64,000 bases of DNA from positions 67,810 to 131,809 of the IMG/VR virus record IMGVR_UViG_3300044949_001773. One strand, written 5' to 3'. The number at the start of each line of letters is the position of its first letter. Within the stretch, counting starts at the first letter, position 1. Position numbers and translations under genes: made by a program. The DNA is from a virus. Below are positions 41,401 to 53,400 of the stretch, piece after piece. Under the pieces are notes generated by a model that saw only the letters and a program-made list of their open reading frames with translations, had not been told where the DNA came from and searched no databases.

Positions 41401-44400
41401 AATGAAGTAGATGCGTTTTCAATCGCAACAGAAGAAGGTATTATTAATACTTTAAGTGGTAATAACTTATCATATAATTCTGGTATCATTACATCTTTAT
41501 CTGGTACTAATATTTCATACAGTGGAGTTGGAACAATTTTAACTCTACAAGGTACTAATATATCTTATACGGGCGTTGGAACTTTTGGGCAAGTAGGAAT
41601 TACTACAGCTACAATAGGGACAATAAGTGCTACAAATGTTTCTATTTTTGGAAACTTAAGTGTTTCCGATTTAACAGTAGGTATTGTTACAGCTAACGAT
41701 GTAATTACAGATAATATTACATCTACAGAAGGTACTATCACAAATCTTGATGGTCTGAATTTAAGTTACAGTGGAATTGGAACAATTTCAAAAATTGAAT
41801 CCACAACTATCACAACAACTAATTTAGGAACACAGAATTTAAACGCAAGTGGCATTGGAACTATTGCCACATTAAAAACGACTAATTTAGATAATTTAGA
41901 ATCTATTACTACTGATGAATTTTATGCCAGAATTGGCATTATAACCGAACTATCTGGAAATACTATTGATTATAATACTGGTTCAGTTGATAATCTTTCT
42001 GGAGTTAATTTAAATTATAGTGGAATTGGAACTATTAACCAAATTGATGTCAATATTGGTTCAGTTGATTATTTGAATGGTGTAAATGCGAATTATACTG
42101 GTATTTCTACATTCAACGTAGCTGGCATCACAAGTTTAACATCACAGTCTATTTTTGGTTCTGCTGGCATTATTACATCATTAACTGGAGAAACTTTAAA
42201 CTTCTCAACAAGCGCAGAAATTTCTAATGTAACTATAGGTATTGGAAATACGGATTTAATTGTATCTGGAGATGCAAGAATAACAGATACGCTAACTATA
42301 GGTCCAGATTCTATCATAATTAATGGGATATCAAATAGTATAACTGGAGTATCAACATTAACTTCTAATTATGCTTCTATTGGCACAATCACAGGATCAG
42401 ATTCCACATATACAAATGTAAATACGGACAGTTTAACATTTGCAGGAATCAATACCAGTAATAACTTTAACACTCAAGTCAATATTGTAGCCTCAAATTC
42501 TGGCGTATCAACTTCATATAATTTAATACTTCCGGCTCAATTGGGCATTCCGGGAACAGTATTGACATTAGAATCCGATGGCAATCTTGGATTTACAACT
42601 GCTGGCTTGTATGAAAATAGAATCTATGTCTCACCTGTCAATGGTGATGATTCCAATGATGGTAAAGCAAGGCCAGTAAAAACTATTAAGAAAGCGGCTC
42701 AGTTAGCATCTTTTGAATCATTTGTTCTTCCAGGTGGTAGATTCCTTGATGCGGCAAGTGTATTAAGCTCAAATAAAGATTTTATTGCTGCGGAAGTTGT
42801 CGGATTTGTAACAACAACATATCCTTCAATTCTTTCAAATCCAGATTATAATGAAGCAATTTGTAAGAGAGATGTTGGTTATATTGTTGATGCAATAAGT
42901 TACGATTTAAGTTATGGAGGAAACTCAAAGACTGTAGAAGCCGGTTTAGCATATTGGAATGCAGGAACATCATATGTTGATGGCGAATCTATTGAAACTA
43001 TTGCCGGTTATAATCATATTATAACCATTTCAAAATATATTATTAATAATATTGATATTCCTCAGTCATATCAAGGAATTCAAACAGTATTCCAAACAAA
43101 AGATTTGACATTGGCATATGATGCTAATTGTAGTCCATCTTCTTATAGTGAAAATTGTTGCTCTGATGTCTGGTCTGCAATTGGTTCTTTTGTAGGAATT
43201 GTAACAAGTATCATTGGTATTGGAACAACAGCTGCTCCATCAGTAACTCTACCGACTTCAAAATCAACTCCAGTTGCTGTTATTGTAGAGGCTGGAGAAT
43301 ATGTAGAAGATAATCCGATTATTTTATACGAAGATGTAGCTATTATCGGAGATAACTTAAGAAATACGATTATCAGACCACAAAATGCAGGTAAAGACTT
43401 ATTCCGCGTTAGAAATGGATGTTATTTGACTGGATTTGCTCTTAAAGATTATGTAGATCCTGCTGGTGTTCCTCAATTTACATTTAATTATGCGGTTGCT
43501 TTTGACGATCCTTCAGATCCGACAACATCAAGAGTAGGATACGCGATTAAAGAAACAAAACCAATCATCACAAGATCACCTTACATTCAAAACTGCTCTA
43601 TTCTTTCATTCTTAGGAGCAAATGGTATTCTTGTTGATGGTTCTAAAGTAGATACTTTAAATACGGCAATTATTCCGGAAGAATCAGAGAATCCTGTAGA
43701 GGGAGAGCAACCAGAATTTGGTAAATCTATGGTTGCCGCCGCATTTACTATGGTTTCTTTCGGAGGTATTGGATGGCGTGTTATTAACGATGGATATTCT
43801 CAGGTCGTTTCTTGCTTCCAAATTTTCTGTAGATATGGTTCTCTAGCTCAGTCTGGTGGTTATTTATCAATTACAAACTCTGCTACAAACTTTGGATTAT
43901 ATGCTTTAAGATCTACTGGTTACAATGGAAGATCTTATATCTTTGATAGGGGATTAGTATCATCAACCGGAACAAGTGGAGGTCTTCAAACTCTTAAAGT
44001 TATTGGTCTTGGAAGAGCTGATCAAGAGCTTTATGTTTTAAGATTTATTAATCGTTCTACAGGAATTGATGAAACTTCAAACTTTAAATTAGCTCCAATA
44101 ACTAGAGAAGTTGATATTTCTGTAGGCGTCAATACAGTAACTAATATAATTGGTATTCAAACACATGGATTTACAAATGGGGATAGTGTAATTTATTTGG
44201 GAAATGAATCCACAATTCCTCCCCAAGTTATTGGTGGTCTTGTAAACTTAAATGAATATTATGTTGAATATGTAAATGATGATGAATTCAAGCTTTATGA
44301 AGATGATAGCTTAACTCGTATTGTAGATCTAACTTCTGTAACAAGTGGTATTAATACATTCGTTAAGGGTAATCAAGAATTCTTCAATTCAGAAATGTTG

Positions 44401-47400
44401 AATTCTCATACATCATATCAAAGAGTAAGTTTAGCATCAACAACATCAATCCTCAATTTTGTACCAGGAAGACAGATTACTCAAACAGTAAACGGCGGAA
44501 CAGCAGTTGGTATTGCTTATACTTATAATTCAACGACAAGAGAATTAATCGTTTCCGTTGAAGCTCCGGGAGGAGTTAGAAATAATTTTGGAGTTAGTGG
44601 AGTTGGTGTAAATGGTCTTATTCAAGATCACAATGGATCTCCAATATCCATTGGAGTTACCGCAGTAGCAGGGATTTCTACTTTACATACTGTTGAATTT
44701 AAAGTAGATTCAACTCAAACTGGAAGTCAAATTTTAGGTATTGGTGGTCTCCCTGAAAATTATAAAGTCCATTTCCATAGACCATCTATTGTTAACTCTT
44801 CATCTCACACTTGGGAATTCTCCGGTTCTGGTACTGACTATAATGCTCTACCACAAAACGGAGGAAAAACCAGAGTAGAAACTGAACAAGTATTTTCTCA
44901 GGGCGGACGAGTTTATTCATCAGGTACAAATGAACTTGGCGATTTCAAGATTGGAAACTTTATTACTGCATATAATAGAACTGGTAACATTATCTTCAAT
45001 AATAAAGTAAGTATTGGTCAGTTAGATAGCTTAAGACTCAGCCTATCTGGTGGAGTTGCGATTGAAGAATTTTCGACTGATATTGGACTTGGCGATAATG
45101 AAGTAGGCGGAGCATTAAATAGCAGGGTTTCTACTCAAAAGGCAGTAAGAACATTCTTAAATAATAGACTAGGAAACTTCATTGATAAAGATCTCTCAAC
45201 AAATGCAGTACCTAGTGCTGTAGTTCAGCTGAATGCTTTTGGTCAAATTAACGCAGATTTAATTCCACCAAAAGTTGTTAATTATTATACAGCTGATGTT
45301 GGAGGAGGAAGAACAACACTTGTTGATAGAATTCCTGCTGTAGATTTGAGACAAGGAGATACTGTCGTTGAACCAGATTTCTCTTATGTTCTTATTTCCG
45401 ATGTTTATAGTCAATATTTAATTCTTAGCGATTCAAACAGAAATTATGATTTTAATAATGGAGATGAAGTCGTAAGTGCCGTTTCAAATGGAGGAGCGAT
45501 TGGTATTGTCACCGCACCAACTTCCGTTGGATACGGAACAACTGGTCTCGTTAAAGGTGTACTTTTAAATGGATCATTAACTTCAGGAGGTTCTGGATAT
45601 ACAAGCGCTGGTATCTACACAGGCGTAACTTTAACTTCAACAAGCGGAATTGGTACTGGAGCCAAGGCTAATATTACTGTTGGAGCATCTGGAAGCGTAA
45701 CAGATGTCGATGTTGTATATGGCGGAAGATATTATGATGAAAATAATACATTAACAGTAACTAATCCAAATGATATTGGCGGAAGATCAGGAGGATCTGA
45801 TTTTGTATTTACTGTAAGTAATATTGAAACAAGACTTTATATCGAGTTGACAAATAATCAAAAGTTCACTGGTTCAACATTATTAAATGATTATATCGAA
45901 GACGGAACATCTGTTGGAATTTCCACAACACTCACAAATACATATACACTTACATTCAATCCAACTTCAATAGAAACTGGTGGTGATATTGACTTTACTA
46001 ATGATAGAATCGTTATTGGGACAAATAATTTCTCAGATGGTGATAATGTAGTATATTCTGCAGGAGGAGGAAATACCTTAGAAGAATTAATTAGTGGGGA
46101 TACCTACTATATTAAGAGAGTTGGAATTTCTTCAGTCGAATTATATACAACTTATGCGCTATCTACAAAGAAAAATTTCCTATCAAGCGGAACTGGAACT
46201 CACAGTATCACGAGAAAAGTAGTCAATACAACCGAAAATAAATTAACTTTCGTCAATCATGGATACTCAACCGGAGATGCTGTTAGAGTAAGTGGAAATG
46301 TTCCTGCTGGAATTTCTACTGGAGATTATTATTTTGTTGGCTCCGTTACTACAAATGCTTTTAGTTTACATGATACCCAACAAACTTCTTTAGCATCTGT
46401 TAATGGATTAATTTTTAATGCGGTAGACATCACTTCTGTTGGTTCCGGAACATTAACTTTAACAAAGCAAAACGTTCAGTACACAAGTACCGTCAATACA
46501 TCATCAAATATCCTTGATAATTGGACAGTTCTTTCTTCAGGAACCGTTGATGCTGCTAATATTACAACTGGAACCATTTCTCCTTCCAGATTAGGTTCAG
46601 GAAATGCTAATTCCGATACATTCTTGGGAGGCGATTCTGTTTATAGAAAGGCAGTTAAATCTGTTGGTATTGGTACAACAACACCAATGACTATCACTTC
46701 ATCTTCTTTTGAAGTTGAAAACGGAATAACTAAGCATTTCGGCGATTTACAAGTTTCTCTAAACAGAGTTGAAGAAACATTAGAAACATATTCAACAACT
46801 GGTATTGCTAAATTCAAAACATCTACATTCGACATTGGAGATGACGGAGCAGTATCTATTAAATCCTCACAGTTTGGTGATGTTGATGCGGCAACACTTG
46901 GAGGATTTACTGGGGCATATTACTTAGATCTTAATAATTCTACTGGTACAGTTCCTATTCCTCGCGGAGGTACTGGATTATCTGCACTCCCATCAGAAGG
47001 TTATTTACTAGTTGGCAATGGTAGTGCTTATACCCTAACAGGTAATCCAACAATTGCGGGAACATTAACTGGAGAAATTACAATTAAGTCTGGAGGTGAT
47101 ATTGAATTACCAACTGGTACTTGGACCGGAGAAAAGGCAGCAAAAATTCAAAATAGTTCAAATAATCTATATCTACAATACACTACAAACCTGATTGGAA
47201 GAAACTCCTCAGGAACAGATAGACTCACTCTAACTTCTGGTGGCAATTTAACAGTAGGTGGAACAGTAGAAGGAACAAGACTAATTTCCAATATTGCTAA
47301 TGGAACTGCTCCATTAACAGTTACTTCATCAACTGTCGTAACAAACTTAAATGCCGATGCTGTCGATGGAATTCAGGGAGCATCACTACTCAGATCTGAT

Positions 47401-50400
47401 GATAATGATGAATTTAGTGGAACATTAACTTATACTGGTTCTGGAACTGCTCTGAACTTCACAAGTACTGGAGAAGTTATTCTTGCCGATCACTCATCAA
47501 ATTCAACACCAGTTCCATTTGATATTCGCAAATCTGGTTCTACTTTATCCGATTCTGAGAGTTATGGCATTCTACATCTAAGCAGACTAAATCATAATAA
47601 CTCAGCAACTACTGCTGGAGCATCTCTATACTTCCAGTTAAGAGATAGTGGTGGAACACTTAGAGAGTATGCTGGCATTTCTGGACAGAAGACTGAAGCA
47701 GGTGCTGCTGGTGGAAGACTCCAATTCTACCGATATGGAAGAACTTCACTTGGATATTGGGATGCAAACAATTTATATATTGGAACAAATGGTGTTTGGC
47801 ACGCTGGTAATGACGGAGCAGGTTCCGGTCTTGATGCAGATCTTTTTGATGGAGTAGATTCCAGCAGTTTCTTAAGATCTGATGCTACTGACACAGTAAC
47901 TGGCGGAAGTGTTCTTCAATTTGCCACATCGTCGGGAAATATCAGAGGTTATCTACAATCTACGGACACTGATGATGCCCACTTTATCATTGCTACAAGT
48001 GGAGGAGAAGACATCGCATTTAAGGATGGTGGTGTAGGTGGAACCACAAATATGATTATTAGAGGTGATGGAACTCTCTTACAAGGGACTTCTAATACTA
48101 TCTGGCACGCTGGTAATGATGGACCATCTTCTGGACTAAATGCGGATCTACTTGATGATTTACAAGCAACAAGTTTCTTAAGATCAGACACAAATACTTC
48201 AACTACTGGATTCTTAGGTGCTGAAGGATTTGTCGGAACTGGAGGAGGAGCACTCCGATTAGTCTTACCACATGGAGCATCTTATGCCACAACAGCATCA
48301 TCAGTAACTGGAGCAATTAAAGTCAATCTCCCACAATCATGGTCAGATACCATGATGAGAATGACTATTAAGATTTATGAGTATGCTACTGGAGAGTCAT
48401 TTGAGGTTATATGTGGTGGCTATAATTACACAGGAAACTCTTCATGGATTAATACCTTTGCTTACATTCTAGGAGATCCACAGATTAATAGAAACTTTAA
48501 TGTAAGATTTGGTCATGATGGAACCAGATGCTGTATTTACATTGGAGAAACAAATTCAACATGGTCTTATCCTCAAGTAGCAGTTACTGAGTTTGAAGCT
48601 GGATATTCCAGTTATGGAGAAGAAGCTTGGAATGATAATTGGTCTATTGAATTTGCCACTTCCTTAGGAACAATTACTTCTATTCTTTCAAATAGAGAAA
48701 TTGGAAGATGGGTTGATGGAAATACGGTATGGCACGCAGGTAATGATGGAGCAGGTTCTGGATTAGATGCCGATACTCTTGATGGAATTCAAGGTGCAAG
48801 TTTTATAAGATCTGATGAAAATGATAGTGTTTCGGGGGTTATTGATTTCTTAGGAGGTTCTAGCACTACTCCGGCAATCAGAATTCGTTCTGGTGGAAAT
48901 AACTGGTCAGAAGGTCTCGCTATTCATCCATCATCAAATAATAGTTATGCTCTTGCATTCTTCAGAACATCTTCTGATCTTGGAACCAGTACAAATACTT
49001 GGGCAATTGGCAATCTTGGAGAAAATGGTACAAATAATTTTGGATTAATTCGCAATGGTTTAACAGGAAGTGCGGGAATACGAGCAGATTCTATCTTTGA
49101 TGCTACTCAAGCAGGAATATTAAGATTTGGATTTACTCCAACTGTTGGTTCTAATACAATGTGGCACGCCGGAAATGATGGATCCGGATCAGGTCTTGAT
49201 GCTGACCTACTTGATGGACAACAGGGTACTTATTATAGACAAGCATGGCAAAATGTTGATTCTGGTGTCAGAACAGATTATACATTAGGGTTCCAACCAC
49301 CAGCAAGTGGATATGCAGGATTCTACTTTAGTAAGAGCACTTCTGGTTCCACTGCTCAAGATGCTGGATATCTGTTAGTTCGCGGAACATCTGATAATGA
49401 CATATATACCGCCGAAGGAATTACTCTTGTTGCTGATGCTGGATGGTTAACTCTTGCTCAGAGAACAACCTCAAGCAGAGGTGTTCGTATTATGTCTGGT
49501 ACAACTTCTGCTGAAAGATTAAGAGTCAATACTGATGGAACTATTCAATTCGTCAATGGCGCTGGATTTACCTATAATGGAAATACTATTTGGCACGCTG
49601 GCAATGATGGTTCAGGAACAGGTCTTGATGCCGACACTGTAGATGGATACCACTTCTTACAAACTCAGGGAATCTCTGCGGTCGGTAACTTTGGACAATG
49701 GCAACCACATTCAACTTATACAAACTTCAATGCTAGTGTTTCTTATTGGGGTTGGAATTATGTTCAAGGAAATACAAATGCTCCAAATAATACTTCAAGC
49801 CAATGGTATAGAAACCGAGTTTCTCTTGGAAGTGATTATGGACTAAACTATGCTAGCGGCCACTATTGGCTAGAAATGGCATATCCGAGAAGTGATAGAA
49901 ATTCTGCCGGACATATGTGGGTACGAGTTTGTGAAAATGGGTCTGTAGGAAGTTGGGAACAAGTTGGTAGCTATATTAACGGAAATACAACATGGCACGC
50001 CGGAAATGATGGACCTGGTTCTGGATTGGATGCTGATACTCTTGACACTTTCACTTGGGATTCTTCAGGTAAGAATCTTCGCGGTACAGAAATCTATGCT
50101 GATAATTGGTTCCGTAATTATAATTCCGGTGAAGGTCTTTATAATGAAGAAACTGCGATGCATTGGTATTCTGATGCTAACTGGAGATGGAGATTATATA
50201 GTACTACTGGTAGCGCTGCTATTTTATTCACAACTAGTGGCAATAATGTAAGAGGATATCTTTATGCTGATACGGCATCCTCTATTGGATTCTTAAATAC
50301 TGCGAGTGATTGGGGACTTCGTTATCTGTCAAATGATGGAAATTCTCCAAACCTGTATTTCTTAGAATCCGGAAATGAAAATTGGTCAGGAAATCCCGGA

Positions 50401-53400
50401 AATGATGAAGGGAAAATTGAATACCATTCAAATCGTTTCTACATCGCTTCTGGCGCAAACTCAACTGAAATCGCAAGATTCCGTCAATCCGGAACAGATA
50501 GAGTTGTTATTCAAAATGATGGTAACATCACAATTAATAGCAATACTGTTTGGCACGCTGGTAATGACGGAGCAGGTTCAACTCTTGATGCTGATACTGT
50601 TGATGGATATCAAGGAAGTGAGTTAGCAAATAATACTCATATACCAACATCAGAAGTATCAAATATTGCTGTAGGATGGTATACAATCGCAGTTAATGCC
50701 GGAGATAGAGCAGTAGCAAGATTTGGTATTCGTGACACTCAAAGTGGTAGACATCAAAGCGTTATATTCTATGCTTCTCACAAATTTGGAAATTTCTCAG
50801 AACTTACTGTTCTTCACAGTAGTAGATATTCTGGAAATCCACTCAGATATATTAGAATCAAAGAGGGGGGCACTTATGATGGAGCACTTTTACAAGTATA
50901 TGTAGACGACTCTGGTAATAGCTTACAAGCATATTTACTTGGAGACAACTTCCAATCTGGTGGATGGGTAATTAAAAATTGGATTCCAGATGCGACTAAT
51001 CCCGGTGGGCTTAATAATTTTGGAGCACTAACCAATGTTGCTGCCCAAATTGATTTAGATAATATTCTAGATGGTGGTATGGCAACCACTGGCGAAATAT
51101 TTGCTGGTGGCGATACAACTCAATATAAAGTTTGGCACGCTGGAAATCATGGATCTGGTTCTAACCTTGATGCGGATAAACTTGATGGATTAGATCTTCA
51201 TACCGGAAGAAACAATGAGGCCAACAAGGTCGTAAGAACTGATGGTAATGGTTACATCCAAGCAGGATGGATTAATAGTGTATCCGGTAATATGGGAGAT
51301 TGGGGTAATGGAGTTAATAAGTATTATCTTTCAAATGATGACTATATCCGTTATATTGATAGAAACTCTATAAAAGTCCAACTAGGACTTACTGCTAAGT
51401 GGGATGCTGATAGAAGGGATTATACTACAGATTCCAATTATTTTGTTGGTTCAATGGGATGGGGAACCACTGATATGAACTCAGTCTTTGACTGGGGAAG
51501 TGGATTCATTGATTCTTGGAGTAATCCTGGAAATCAACCATCAGGAACATCTCACTGGGTTGGTGTTCAGGCACTTCACTATACTAATGGTTCTGCTCGT
51601 TATGGTTGGCAGATGGTTGGTGGTCCAATTGGAAACTTAAGATTTAGGAATACATGGCCGTCATTCTCATCTTGGAGAACCATTCCAGTTCTTGATGTAA
51701 ATGATATTAATGGTGGTACAATGTATGCTGGTTCTTATTCTGATGCAAATAATACAGCTTACTATGTGGATCCAGATAGCACCTCAAGAATTGGAGCAAT
51801 TCAAATAGGTGCCGCAAGTGACTCCAGCAATGAAATTAGATTCCGCGGAGTAAGTGGAGATGGTCCCGGTGCATATGATCATGCGGCTATTATTGAAAGA
51901 TTATGGGGAGCTGGTGATCAATCAGAACTATTAATTTTTAAAGGAAATGATCCAGATACTGGAGGAATTCATGACAGAATTCGTATTGCTGCAACCGGAA
52001 GAATTGTCTTTGATAGTTATAATGGATATGGAAATGTTTCCGATTACATAGGCGCTAGAGGAACCGGAAATGTTGACGGATCAATGTATATTAATGGTAA
52101 TAGTGTATTTGTCTCTGGAGATATAAGATCACCAATCTTCTATGATTTTAATAATACAAATTTTTACATAGACCCAGCATCCACATCTGTTGTTAATGGG
52201 ATAGTAAGTAGTGATTATATAAGGATCCGTGGAAACAAGGGTATTATGGGAGACTATGATACTGACGGCACGGCCTCTAAGGTTATTTGGACTATAGGAG
52301 CTTCGTGGCCTCTAGGTAATATGTACGGATTGGGCTACGAGTATGGTTCCGGATATGACCACCATCTCGCGCTTAGAAATAACGGAACTACGTACAGTAG
52401 GTTTGGTTTTGCTGGAGGAATGTACCTAACAGGTACCGGTACGGCTAGTTCCGACTGGAGAGCACCAATTTTTTATGATTCTAATGATACCGCGTACTAC
52501 TTAGACCCAACATCAACTTCAGACCAAGCATTAAGAATTCGCGGTGGAGTACTTCATGGCGGGAATCCAACTTGGGGCGCTTATCTTCTTGTTGGTGGAG
52601 ATGGAAGACAAAATAGAACTAATGATGCTAATGTAGCATCAGTATGTACAACAAATGGAAATCTTCACATTGATGCTGCCAGTGGTTATGACACATATAT
52701 CAATTTTTATGATGGAAATAATGTTTATTTTGGAAATGGAGCAAATGGCACGGTAGCGCAAATTGCTTCTGACGGAACCTTTAGATCCCCGGTATTTTAT
52801 GATTATAATGACACTGGTTATTATATAAATCCAGCAAGCGATGGAACCAGAGCGGGATACTTAAATGGCAACTTATGGATAAATCCAAAATCAGAATCTT
52901 ATGGTGAAGGAATAACATTTTATATGCCATCACAAAATACTTGGGGGGGTATTAGATGGTATAGAAACGGTTCACCTTTCACCGGAAACTGGGCATTTGG
53001 GTATTTTGGCAATGAAGCGAGTAATGATATCGGATTTCATAACGGAACTAATGGGTGGAGATTGGATCATTCATTTAATATGACATCAAATGGATCTGTA
53101 AGATCTCCAATATTCTATGATTCAAATAACACCGGATATTATGTGGATCCGGCTAGCAATACTACCTTATATGGACAATTCCAAGTAAGTGGTGGACATG
53201 GAGACTCTCAAATAGGAGTTAGATTATTATCAGGTAATAATGGCGCTGGTACGGGAGAAGTTAATCTGAGAATGTGGTGTTCTGAACCCGGAATAACATG
53301 GGATTGGGCAGGATTTGGATATAATGTTACCAACAATAATGGATCTCCTAGTGGATTTGGTAGATTAAATACCGGTCTTGGGCAAGCATATTTTAGATTC

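Noticed and set aside
38437-42600. Ice-binding function for the Thr/Ser-rich shaft
   Set aside because: No regular TxT array; composition matches ordinary beta-stranded fibre shafts elsewhere in the window
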